A DNA stretch of 50,626 bases, counting the filler, from Bipalium vagum (taxonomy: Eukaryota), in NCBI GenBank assembly GCA_037834085.1. It is 2 parts of 2 records of this genome, joined end to end, with 100 filler letters (N's around TTAATTAATTAA, not from the genome) between each part and the next. Parts side by side here need not be neighbours in the genome. Positions count along the whole stretch, not along the records: positions 19,924 to 50,626 come from JBBMKC010266294.1; 1 more part is not named here. The stretch is one strand, 5' to 3'. A program made the translations under genes and the position numbers. The notes under the pieces are model-generated. The model was given only the letters and a program-made list of their open reading frames with translations. It was not told where the DNA came from and made no database searches. Shown one piece after another: positions 37,741 through 49,824 of the stretch (positions within the stretch are counted from its first letter, which is position 1; each line of letters starts with the position of its first letter).

Positions 37741-39199
37741 TTAAGTGATTGTCGTGATATTTTACGAGTAAATATACCTATTGTTTCACTAACAACATAA
37801 TTTCTGTTAATTAACATTAGTTCAGGACGAGAATTGAATATATCATCATCAATCGATTTACAACTACATTTCAATGCAGTGTCCCCATTTTCACTATTTC
37901 ATATGATTTATTTATTTAATATGTATACCATATGGATGTTTTCCCTGTTAGTCTTTTTTAAATAAATGTTCAATAACTGAGAGATTTTTGAAATTTTCAA
38001 TTTCAAAGTATTAGGGATCAAACATTCTAAATTAGTATCAATGTACGGCGTGATAATAGAAGCTAAATGAACACTGAGTAGAGCAGTAATATAAAAGTCC
38101 CATCACAACCAAAGAGATATTCATCTGAATAGTTACAGAAATCGATTGAAGGATGGCGATTTTATATTCATAAGGGTTAATATATAAAATAGGTGCCTGA
38201 AAATTTGAAGGTCACCTATTGTTTATATAAAGTAAATTTAATAAATATGGAAATTTAATTTTGAAAATTTTTTAGATTTAGAGAACGAAACACGATCCTC
38301 TTTAGGGCTACATTTCATGATTGTTGATAATAAAAAAGTAAATTTTTTTTGATAAGTAATATTTTCATCAGAAAAGAATCTCAACTAAATTACGAAATGA
38401 AATATCTTCAAAAAAAGCAGAACTCAGTAAATCTCTATATATCAATTGACAATTAGAAACAAAAGGGAAGCGATTTCATCTTGAAAGCAATGAAGTTGTC
38501 AAATTTTAGTCACTTTTGACGTTTAGTTCAAAGTTTCCCATTGAAAAATGTAAAAATTTAAACTGTCCTTACATGAAGCAGGCAATCAATGTAACCATTA
38601 CAGACAAAATTTTGATATCGATAATTCCGTCTTAATGGTGAAAAATTTTCCAATTTTAAATTGTCCATGATTTTCTGCTGAAACTGAGATATTATCTTTA
38701 ATTAACTTAAACAAATTTTTTTCAGGCACCTCAACTATAATAAGTCTTTCATAAGAGTTAGTATTACAGACAAAGGAAAATATTTTATGGAATTATTATT
38801 AATATTTATAACGTATGTCACATTTTATGTGGTGTTTTTTAAAAAAATTCTAATTTCGTTAATTTTGATGTAATCATGGATATCGGACTATTATACTAAT
38901 ATGGAATATAGAAATCACATTAAATTAGTCTGAAATTATTATAATAATGAAAATAATAAAATCTTATTATTATTCCAAAGGAAAAATTGAAATCTTTCAC
39001 CAATGGTTTAGTCATTGGTGATTGAAAAACTATCAGTGTTCAAATTTCTTACATATTTCGCTTTGATATTTCGGAGAGATACTCTTTAATATAAATACAA
39101 AGTTTTTTGGGTATATCGGAAATATTTTAATATTGATTAATAACATCTAATTTTTATAAAACGTATCCAATTTATCGATATTATTAATTATTGAAAATA

Positions 39200-39410
39200 A
39201 TTTTTAAGTTCGAATATATAATTGGACAAGAGAGAAATAGCAGTAGAATCCTTCCTGTCGAAAAAATGCCCAAACGAATAATTGAACTGGAAATGAAAGT
39301 TACTGTCAACAGTCAGTTGAGCAATAATGCAGGATCAATGCTAGAAATCTCAAGTTCTTCGAAAAACACCTATCTAGATAGAAAAAAGGTAGAAGAAAGG
39401 CACAGAATTT
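39200..39410 (+). mobile_element. Possible RTE-like LINE 3' end
   Basis: RILPVEKMPKRII...YLDRKK (~RM...R.PK.I...A.DR..W). Confidence 0.3.
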
Positions 39411-39829
39411 TCTTAACAGCATCTAGAACTATTGCGATGTCTAAAGTTCTTCAACAAAAAACTGTTTATGACAAGAGAACTAATGGAAAAAGTGACCGCT
39501 GATCGACCAGATTGTTCCTGATATTCTGAATATTGTTTACTAGATTTCTAACATCTTTCATGTTGTTGTTGTATACCAACTTTTATTTAAATAAATTTAA
39601 TAAATCGTTTTATTTATATCGTTTAACTTTTTTTACAAAAAAGTCAGATTTATCTCTAATACCCTGTACAATATTAAGTTTTTAAATTTAAAGTTCCTCT
39701 AAATTAAGGAATAAAAAATGCTTTTTTGATACTAATCAATTTACTGTACAATTTAAGATTTGTAAATTTCATCAATAAAGATTTCTGTTGGTTACTGGTC
39801 AAAATCAGTTTTATATTTATATTTCAATA

Positions 39830-40262
39830 CAGTGCAACTTCTATTTTGGACCACAAAATTTCAAAAGTCAATATTATTCAATAGAACTTAAGACATAAAC
39901 AGGCTATAAAATATGTTTTATATAAACTTATATGGATGTAATAATAGAAATTAAAAAAAACAAATATAAGTCCAATAAATAATAATATATCTCAACGTTT
40001 TTGAATTAAATATTTTAAATATATTATTAAATATAAATATAAATTATTAAATATATTTTGAAAATGTTATATACCAAAATATTATTAAAAATAATTATTA
40101 AATTTTTAAACAAGTTAATGAACTTTCTGGACCAAGAATTTTATTTTTATATGAAAATATCGAGAAATATGATAAGTACCAATTATTGGTCCAAATATGG
40201 AGTTTGGTCCGATTATAGAAGTGATCCATTTCAGAAATTGGTCCAAAATAGAAGTTGCACTG
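39830..40262. mobile_element. 433-bp MITE (pogo/Tc1-type CAGT ends) with perfect 24-bp TIRs and TA duplication
   Basis: TA+CAGTGCAACTTCTATTTTGGACCA ... TGGTCCAAAATAGAAGTTGCACTG+TA; non-coding AT-rich interior. Confidence 0.95.
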
Positions 40263-40668
40263 TAATTTTTAAATAAGGAATTTTTCAGGCGCTGAAATTT
40301 CTGGAAATTGGAGCTCGAACTTTTCTTGAACCGTTTTAATCTTATCGTTTTCTTGGTAATGAATCTTCAAAATAAAAATTCATTGCATTTTATTTAATCT
40401 TCGTCCATGCATTTTGAGAAGAATGAACCTTAAAGAATATTTAAACAATACAGTGTGAAAAGTTATGCTTAAGAAATATTAACAGAATTTTTTAACAGAA
40501 ATATTTTCAAGACCCATTACATATGCGCCACTCTTTATTATATTATGCTAAACAAAGTATGACGTTAACAAGAAATAGCTCTCCTTTCCGATTACAAATT
40601 TTCAGATGTTATTATCAGTCAATTGAGATGCCAACAGTGTAATTGATTTTATTGCTAGGTAAAAACTC

Positions 40669-40782
40669 TGGATCATCATTTTAGTTTCCCCCTCAATAAA
40701 AAATCATATACTTTATTTTTCCTCCATTACACAATCATATACTTTAATTTCACTCCATGGGGAAACTAAAAAAGATGATCCA
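40669..40782. repeat. Small foldback element: ~23-bp inverted arms around a ~30-bp direct repeat pair
   Basis: tggatcatcattttagtttcccc / ggggaaactaaaaaagatgatcca; internal aatcatatacttta.ttt..ctccat x2. Confidence 0.8.
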
Positions 40783-41129
40783 AAATTCTTAATACATACT
40801 CTAACCCAATGGTATGCAGTGAAATCAAAAGTTTTTGAAATGGAATTCTAGCTTTTGTCTACAAAAATGTTTAATATTGTAATAAGCTGTTCACTTTTGT
40901 TGTTTGTTTTATTAACTGCTTTAACATATCATTTTCCTCATTCAGCTTTAATTAAAATTTAGCAAAAATGCAATTATTAATGTTTTTTTCAAATACACCG
41001 TTAACATCTCTATTTGACAACGTTAAAATTATTTTTGAAATTGTAAAGGTCTATTTTGACAAAATGTTAAGTTAAATTCAATATAAATGAATATGTTTAA
41101 ACGTTAAAAAACCTAAAAATTCAAACAGA

Positions 41130-41370
41130 AATACATTTATTCATTAATAATTTCCTTGTTCCAACATCTTTGAATGTATGAAGTCATATTCCGACAGAAA
41201 TCTCCATTTCTAAAAAGCATTGGCCAATTATTTATTAATTAACATATGATGTAACATTGCTGATTGCAGTCTTTGAAACCGTTGCATTGAATTCTTTCAA
41301 ACATTTATCAGTAATTTCTGTTAGAGATCAAACCGTGTCATTAATCCATTCTTTAATAACATTTGCTGTT
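41130..41370 (-). mobile_element. IS630/Tc1-like HTH fragment
   Basis: IKEWINDTV*SLTEITDKCLKEFNATVSKTAI resembles the second HTH of DD34E elements. Confidence 0.45.
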
Positions 41371-43740
41371 ATAAATAACAAAATGAAAATAAATCTCTAC
41401 AATGTCATAATAAAAGTGAAAACAGTGTAATAAAAAATAACTTCCTCTAATTCATCGAAAATTATGTAGTTTGTCTAAAAAATTATTTAATTTAAAACAT
41501 AAGAAACTTATTCACTATTAAAAAAAATTTTGAAGTTAAAATCAATCAATTTAAACAATAGTTAAAGTTTTAATACAAGAAAATCAATAAAATTTTTACA
41601 ATCATTAATTTGTTTTAATGATTTTTAGGAATAACAATAGGAATAATAATAATAATTAGATACGATAAATTATGAGTTAAATATATTTCTTTATTTTTCT
41701 TCAATATAAAAAATTACAACCTGAAAGAAAATGAAAGATAAATTAGTGCACTTTTAAAGTTCTAATTTAAAAATACATTTTTCATTATGAATAAAAAATT
41801 GAAGTCTACGAAAATTTATATTCAGAAAATATTATAACATAATAATATTAATAATAAATTCTTTTTTATTTATTATTTATTTTAAAAAATATTTAAATAT
41901 CTGCAAAAAATACAAAAAATAATTGTCTCCAAAGAGCATTTTATATTTTTGATTATTATTTCAACGTTATATTAACAAATATAAATAAATGCAGACTTTA
42001 TAAAAATAAAAATTTCTTATTGAAAATGAAAATTCATCTTGATAAATTTAATTGAAATTTTGTCAACTGGGAATTGAATTTGGAATCCATTACTTCTTAG
42101 ATTATTTCTGATCAAAACAGTAATTCTTTATGATGATGTATGAAGAGGAAAAGTAAACTACTTGACTGATATTATTAATAATTTAATATTTGTTTAAGTC
42201 GTTCTAAACTTCAATTTTAACTAAATGGCTAAGGAATTTTTACCTTTAAAATAAAACAAAAAAAATAAAAGTGGTGAATTTTTTCCCGTTTTTATGATTT
42301 ATGCAAATATGGTAATATCATATTGCGAAACAATAAAGCCTCATTAATTAACCGGAATGAAATAATTATATTTTTCAATAACAGTAATTGGTATTATATT
42401 ATTCAAAATTAAGAACGTTAAACATTTTAAAAGGGATCATTGTGAATGTGTATTGAACGGAGTTAAAAGGAAACTGGATAAAATGAAAATTTATATTTTC
42501 ATACTATTTCAAGGACGTTATTAAAATTGATTAATTAACATTTAATTGGTTTAAAAAATACAAAATTTCTCATTAGGCTGTTCAGAAAGTAATTGCGCTT
42601 CTTGAAATTATATGTTTTCGCGAGTAAAGATATAAACTTATATGAACGTGGAATTCTGCAACTCCCCCAAAGATGACAAATAGTATTGGACCAAAACGGT
42701 CAATACGTATTTGATTAAAGTATACGTGGTGAGATCAAAAAAGACCCGGATTAACACACTTAGATTCATGCAGCAGCAAACATAAATTGTTTTAATATTC
42801 TTCATTTTTGTTACATTCAAAAAACATAAACAGTGGTAATTATAGTTTTTGATACACTTTTGTTTGAGATTATTAATGGCTACAGTTTCAAAAATTGAAC
42901 ATCGAAACGTTTTTCGCTTCTTAGTTATGCGACCCAAAAGAATAACATAATAATAATAAAGAATAACACATAACAGAATACCTGTATTTGGCGTACTGGA
43001 ATAATGCTCCATCATTTATCAATGGATAAGGTAATTTAAGATAAGGTAATTTCCTACCTCAACAGGGTGAGTCTCTATTGAGGAAGGAAAAAGCACTGGA
43101 AGATCAGCAAAAATTGGCGAATCGCATGAAGAAAAATTAAAAAAAATATTCATGAAAGGAGAATTACAAAAACAGTGTTATTTGAGCGATAAATATATCT
43201 TATGGATCAGTACAAAACATGCTGAAAGGTCTTGGCATCCAAAAGTTGTGTTCCAGATTTGTTCCATACTTCTCAACACACAATATGTGTAAATGTCGAT
43301 TAGAATGCTGCGAACAAAATCTGCTTGTTTTACATAACGTTTGTGACCTCTTCCCAACTAATATAATTACGGAAGATGAAACTTCCTTATCTCTCTACAT
43401 ACCTGAAGAACACCGTTCATCTGAAGAGTACAAATGTCAAGGAGAAATAGCCACTAGAACATTGAAATCTGGAATATCTCACGGTAGAGCTTTGATGTTA
43501 ACCATCTTTTGGGATGCTGCTGTGATTTTGCAGATAAAAATGTCAAAATTATTGCAGCCTACTATGCGAAAATGGTTGAGGAAGCTGGACATAAGCCTGG
43601 TAGTCAACAGTTTTATTTTTTTCATGACAATGCACCAATTCATACCGTGCAACAGATCATGCAACTAATTGACTTCACTTCAATGAATACACTTCCACAT
43701 CCACCTTAACGCTCAGATTTGGAACCCAGCGACGCCTGGC

Positions 43741-44975
43741 TTTTGTTGTCCAATAAGTAATTGTACTTTTTTAATCTCTCTGTATATATATATATATTCT
43801 TTTTGCAATTCTTTTGATTTAGTTTTTGATCTTAATATTATTATAATCAATGTTAACTATTTTTGTTTTAGATATTTTAACTAATGGCGAAAATATTAAC
43901 AGGAGATCGACATGCGTTGCGGGCATGTATACTATATGAATTTCTACAGGGACGTAAAGCTATTGATGCTCATCGAAATTTATGCAAAGTAATGGGTTCT
44001 GATGCCGTGAGCTATAATACAATCAAGGCTCATTTCTAAAGATTAAAGAAAAAAGATTTCGATCTTTCAGAAAAACCAAAGCCTGGACGCCCCTCTATCG
44101 ATCTTAATGATACATCAAATCTGCACCCATGGCCAGTGTCAGGGAACTTGCTTCAAAACTCGATCTACCAAAAACTACTATCCATCGTCATCTGAGGAAC
44201 TCAGGAAGAAGAGCAAAATTTGGTCAAGTTATACCTCATGAACTGACCAATCAGCAGAAATTGAATCGTTGTGCCATATCAACCTCATTGCTCTCTCGTA
44301 GACGGACGTTTTCTTCGATTGACCAAATTATTACTGGAGATGAAAAATGGGTTAGGTACGATAACCCCACCAAGAAACGACAATGGGTTGAACCCGGCGA
44401 AAACCCAAAAAAGAGTCTGAAACATAAAATCAATGGTAAAAAGGTGTTGCTGTCAGCTTGGTGGGATTCAAAGGGAATAATTTATCTTGAGCTGCTTCCT
44501 GATAATACCACAGTTACTGCTAATGTATACTGTGAACAATTGCAGAAAATGATAGCAGCTTATCGAAGTCTGCGTCCAAAAGCTGATCAAATAGTTTTGT
44601 TCCATGATAACGCCCGTCCTCAAAGTTAAAAACTGACTCGAGAAAAACTGAGAGAGTTGGATGTCGAAATATTGCCACATCATGCCTATAGTCCTGACCT
44701 TGCTTCAACCGATTTCCATTTATTCAGGTAGCTGCAACATCATTTGAATGGTAGACGTTACCAAAATCCTAACAATCTTCTCACTGATCTCAATATCTTC
44801 TTCAGCAGCCAGCCTCCAGAACTCAACAAGCATGGATTCGTCCAATTAACAGAACGTTTGCAAATAGTTATCGAACATAATGGAGGATATATTGATTTAT
44901 AAAGTTTTATGTTTTTAATAAATTTTGTAAATAAAGTTTTATTAAGAAAAGTACAATTACTTATGGAACAACCTA
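43741..44975 (+). mobile_element. Inner mariner (element C), full span
   Basis: Left TTTTGTTGTCCAATAAGTAATTGTACTTTT vs right AAAAGTACAATTACTTATGGAACAACCTAA+TA. Confidence 0.95.
43884..44902 (+). pseudogene. Mariner DD34D transposase pseudogene (element C)
   Basis: MAKILTGDRHALRACILYEF...GRP, VIPHEL, ITGDEKW, FHDNARP, YSPDLASTD; nonsense codons at 44037, 44627, 44729 and one frameshifting deletion near 44116; natural stop 44900-44902. Confidence 0.97.
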
Positions 44976-45799
44976 ATACTATAATTTTTTTAAATAAAAA
45001 TTTGACTTAGAAATTATTATTTATTTATCGAGTCCGGGTCTTTTTTGACGTCACCACGTATGTTTACCACAAAATAATTTGTCTTTGGCTTTTATAAAAA
45101 AACGCCATTACATTCCAAACAACCTAATCGTAGATTTTATTTAGTCCTTTAGAGAAATTTTAAGTTTTTCATTATTATTTAAGATTTAAAGTTTAATTAA
45201 AATGCACTGTTAAAGTTTACTAAGAACAGAATTTTAAAATTGTTTGACAGCGTAAAATAGTCTACTACAAATTTTTGACACAGTAACACTTACTTATTAA
45301 AATTAATTCTTTCTAAAAAAATGCCATTAACTTAAATATACATGCACATTTCTGACTACTGTGGCTGATTCCATTTAATGTATATCAGTGAAATTCTTTT
45401 CTCAATGGAGAGCATTATAAAAAATTGAATATACTGCAATTAAATTCTCTAACATTGACTTATTAAAACAATTAAATATTTACAGTAAATTTCGAAAATT
45501 ATATTTTGTAGAAAAATGACAATTAAATATATTTAGCTGTGATATATATATATATTTGCTGATCTCTGAAATCGGATTCTTAGGTTATACACCCTGTATA
45601 TAAAATCCTGATACACAAGAAGTCACACAAAGCTAATTGTAAATAGTAACCGCGATAAAAAATACAAATTAAGATTAAGGAAGGAAATTACTCAGCACAA
45701 AAAAAATATTTTCATATTAAGTTTTCATATATTATATTACTTTAAACTTTATTTATTTATGTTCGCGGTATTATTGATTATTTTTACTTACTATATTTA

Positions 45800-46241
45800 T
45801 TATGATTACTTGGATAAAATGCACTAAAAACATTAGAAATAGTGATCTGCATTGTGTAGCCGACTGAGTCCTATTCAGTTGTCAGATAAAACTCAGACCA
45901 TTTTGTGAAACTTTTGGATATGAATTACGAACTTCTCATTCATCATTTTCGCCCAACTTAGTCCAATCTGATTTCCCTTTATTCAAACATCTTGCTCAAT
46001 TACTACAGGGTCAAGTTTGTACTAATCAAGAAGATCTGAAAAATGCGGTCCGAGAAGTCTTGGATTGAAAACCACTATTTCTCCAAATCTAGAAATATAA
46101 GCACTGACATAGCGCTGACAGAAGTTTGCTAATGCTGATGGACCTTATTTTAATAAATAAAGGTATATATAGCCCTTTTCTTAATTATTTGTGAAATCTA
46201 AAAGTTACATGAAAAACGACATCTCATATGCACTAACCTAA
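45800..46241 (+). mobile_element. Mariner 3' fragment with TIR (cecropia-like)
   Basis: HSSFSPNLVQSDFPLFKHL...R*QKFANADGPYFN; TIR AAAACGACATCTCATATGCACTAACCTAA. Confidence 0.85.
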
Positions 46242-46439
46242 AAATAGAATTTTTTCCCAAATATTTATATTTTTATATTTATTTATGTTAAAAGAAAAAT
46301 TAAATATATAATTATTATTATTGAGTGTTTTTAATTATTATTATTTATTTACTTTTTATTATAAAACTAATATTTCCTTTCAGATATGTATTATGGATTT
46401 TTTAGAAGAAAAATGTTATTAATATTATTTTTGGTTTTC

Positions 46440-47290
46440 AATCTCTTGTTACTTAGTTATTTCTTCGTGCAACATCCAGCTTATAATTCAATCATTCTGT
46501 TTAAATGAATGGGATGACAGTTATGATATATTATTAATTATATAACCGCATTTCGTAATAATTTTATGCTTATTATTAAGCAGAAACCGCCGATTTTTAA
46601 AAATGCACAGGCTTTTCTGACTTGAAATTTCAAAATCTGAATGTGTGCATAATAAATAAATAAAATTTAAAGTTGACGACAGGGGGAGCATACTTCATTT
46701 AACATTGTTCAATATGGTTTGAGCCCCTAATGAAACCTAAAAGAATCTTGGCAATTTTGTTAATTTTCTCAAAAAATACAATAATTTTAACAATTACCTT
46801 ATCGATTTCTGAAAGCTTCACTTATTAATTTGTTTAACTTGCCAAAGAAAGCTGCAGAGTGTTTAGTATCGATATTTAATTGAAGAAACATTTATAAAGT
46901 TGTACAAATTTCATTTCAAGAGTGATCAGATCATATAATAGGTCGAATGTTTCTTAATTAAATCATGATTACTGTTTAGTGGAATTGAGTCGGTCTCATA
47001 CAATGGGAAATGATCCAGAAAAATCAGACAGTCGAAAAGCATTTTTACACGCGTTGTGTAAAAGATTCTGAGAGAGAATATATAGTATAAACGAACGAAA
47101 GTTATTCTTCTGCAAGATTAGTTGAAATCGCATCCTCCAAATATCGTTAAAATCACTCTTCAAGATCACGATTGGGAGACAATCAATGTCCTTCTTATTC
47201 TCCAACAATTTTCTATCTTTTCCACTCTATGACATTACATTTAAAAAGCATTACATAAGAAAAGAAGAAAAACCTTAAAGAGTGATTGAT
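46440..47290 (+). mobile_element. Fossil RTE-like RT fragment
   Basis: NYITAF (~DY.KAF), RQG/SILHLTLFNMV at about 46676-46718 (~GVRQG..LSP.LFN), KIRQSKSIF...TKVILL (~RI..AK.AF...K..LL). Confidence 0.55.
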
Positions 47291-48159
47291 CAATTTCTAT
47301 CTCAATAGATCGATTGACTCTTCATTATTTGTTGATAATAAAATCTTTTATTGCTTTATAGGTATATTCAAAATTACGAACAATGTTATAAGGTAATCTG
47401 TCAGTTAGAGAATTTGGCAGAATATTTCTTATTTAAATGATAATTTGACTTGTGATATTTTATTATGAGTTAAATGTAAACATTGTTACTAAAGACTTGA
47501 CTTTTCTCCGAAATCGTTCAATTCTGCACGTGAGTGCAATAAATAATCAATAAAATAATCACACAAATTCAATGTTTAATTAAAATTTCTAAATATTTTA
47601 TATAAATGTGATCGAGTAAACTGAAAATGTAAAAAATTGATCAAAATATAAAGGAAGTATAGTCTTATCTTAAGAATAATCTTCGCAATTTTCAGGTAGG
47701 CAGGCAATTTTAATTGAAAACATAAATTATTTTTTAAAATTGAAGAATGAATTTCATAAAAATACGTTACGTTATTATTTTAATGTGTCACTTTAATAAA
47801 AGATTCATAGGCTATAACGAGAGTGTTGAAAACATTTTATATATTGATTGTCAAAAAGGTTCGTGTGCTTTTTAATAGTGAAACTTCACATAATTTCTTT
47901 CACAAGATATTTGTATATCTGTTGTTTGAATACTACTTGAGTTTTATTTGAAAAAATTACCGAACAATGTGAACTGTGAATAGTGCTTTATGAAAATTTC
48001 GTTCATATTACTCATAAAAGTAAAGATTAAATTATTGGTTGAAATTTAAGTTAACTATAATTTAACTTATAATTAAAAATTCGTAAACATGACGCTCCAT
48101 GGAGCCACTGGATCAATGAAGAGCGCTAGCATAATACCCTAGAGATTATGTGGCATTTT

Positions 48160-48714
48160 TAGGTTGTGTGAAAATTCTTTAGTCTTTCACATAAATGGCA
48201 CTAATTTTGGGGAAATGCTATGTTTAATTAATTATTCCATCTATTAGAAGTATCCACGTAAAATTTCGAATAAATCTATAAATTCATTTTTTGTTTAAAT
48301 ATGAATAAATTTGTTTATTTTTAGAATGGAAAATTTGAAAAACCGTGCTGTGATTGAATATTTATTTAAAAAAAAGGATTATCCAGGAAAGAAATTCATT
48401 CAAATATAGTTGATGTATAAGGCGAAAGTACTCTTTCCTATGCTACAGTGCAAATTTGGATCACTGTACTTAAATCAACATTGAAGTATAAATATTGTTG
48501 AAGAAATCAATTTAGAGTCAACATATTGTTGAAGAAGTCAATTTTATTGTTTGTGAACAACCAAGTATAACTACTCGTAAAGTAGCTAAAACAATTAAGA
48601 TTTCAGACAAACGTGTACGTTAAATTTTGAAATATGATTTAAATATGAAAAAGCTTTTCGGAAAAGTATTGCCCATTCGTTAATAATGCAACAAAAACTC
48701 ATGCGAAAATTAAT
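48160..48714 (+). mobile_element. Mariner 5' half (irritans-like)
   Basis: Degenerate TIR AGGTTGTGTGAAAATTC..ATAAATGGCACTA; ATG 48326, RAVIEYLF, GESTLSYATV..W, ITTRKVA, DLNMKKLFGK. Confidence 0.88.
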
Positions 48715-49389
48715 ATATTTTTTTTACTTTTATTATTATTATTATTAATTTTATTATTAGTAGTAGTAGTATTAGCAGTAGTATTTATAATATAATATAT
48801 TATCGATATTTATTACTCTAATATTAAAATAATATTATTATAATACCTAAGAAAACAATTAATACCCACCCACAGAATTTACAATAAAATATTGTTAATA
48901 ATTTTACATGAAATAATTATTTTTCAAAAAATTGTATAATGTTCAGAAATGAAGTGGGAAGAATAAATACAATATCCCTTTTGTTAGCTGAGTATATTTT
49001 CATTAAAATTTCAATTAAAATTCTAAAAGTAGACAAATATATTATGAAAAATCATATATGAAATTAAATGTCCATGTAACATTGATGCAATTTTTCACAC
49101 CAATAATGGAATAAAATTAAATAAATATATAACATTATTAAAGAATTATTTAAGCGAATAATACTCACAGTATATCTTTCATATGGTGTTTTTCTCTGTA
49201 AATCTAACCTAAATCTAATAAATAAATTGAGATTATGAGATTATGGTTTCATTTCACAAATTATATTAAAAAATCATTTTTAAATAATATTTATGAAATT
49301 TTAATTGTACATTTAATAACACTGTTTAATACAAATACCAATTATATTAAAAGATTTTATTATTATTATTTTACAATTGAAATTAATTA

Positions 49390-49824
49390 AATTAAAAAAT
49401 TATTATTATTTTTTAAAAATCAATAAAAATTATATTAAAATTTATATTAAATATTCATTAATAAATAAATTAAAACCGAATTTTTAAAAATTGTTTTAAA
49501 TAATTATAACTAATTATTATTGATAATTAGAAAATTTTTGATTTCCATAATTTTTTGATATATTTGTATTAATTAAATTAGATTTAACTTAGAAATTAAT
49601 AAATTGTAATTAAATACATTTATTTTAAAAAATTAAAAATTATTAATTAATTTTTTTTAATAAGGTCGATAAAAATTATAATAAAATTTATAAAAATATT
49701 AATTAATAAATAAACTATAAGGGAATTTTTAAAAAAAAATTTTCAAATAAATTATAATTTTAACTAATTATTATTTTTTATTATTGATAATAAAAAAATT
49801 TATGATTTCGGATATATTTGTATT
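49390..49824 (+). repeat. Imperfect ~240-bp tandem duplication of AT-rich sequence
   Basis: 49390-49570 and 49630-49824 share ordered blocks (ataaaaattata, attaataaataaa, gaattttt, aactaattattat, tgataat, tgatttc, gatatatttgtatt). Confidence 0.75.

Larger units (their letters stand above)
42725..45058 (+). mobile_element. Middle mariner (element B, irritans-like DD34D pseudogene)
   Basis: TIRs TA+CGTGGTGAGATCAAAAAAGACCCGGA and TCCGGGTCTTTTTTGACGTCACCACG+TA (24/26 match); ATG 42876 MATVSKIEHRNVFRF, KLCSRFVP, ITEDET, FHDNAPIH, HPP*RSDLEPSD (34 residues between 2nd and 3rd D). Confidence 0.95.
42573..45127. mobile_element. Outer short non-autonomous mariner (element A) hosting nested insertions
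   Basis: Left TTAGGCTGTTCAGAAAGTAATTGCGCTTCTT vs reverse complement of right TTAGGTTGTTTGGAATGTAATGGCGTTTTTT; only about 215 bp of its own sequence. Confidence 0.75.

Noticed and set aside
38060-38740. Possible further mariner/Tc1 HTH fragments (RLKDGDF)
   Set aside because: Too decayed to support boundaries or family.
39640-45600. Solo TIR-like ends ACCCTG+TA (about 39661 and 45591; similar at about 17305)
   Set aside because: No partner TIR or coding remnant could be tied to them.
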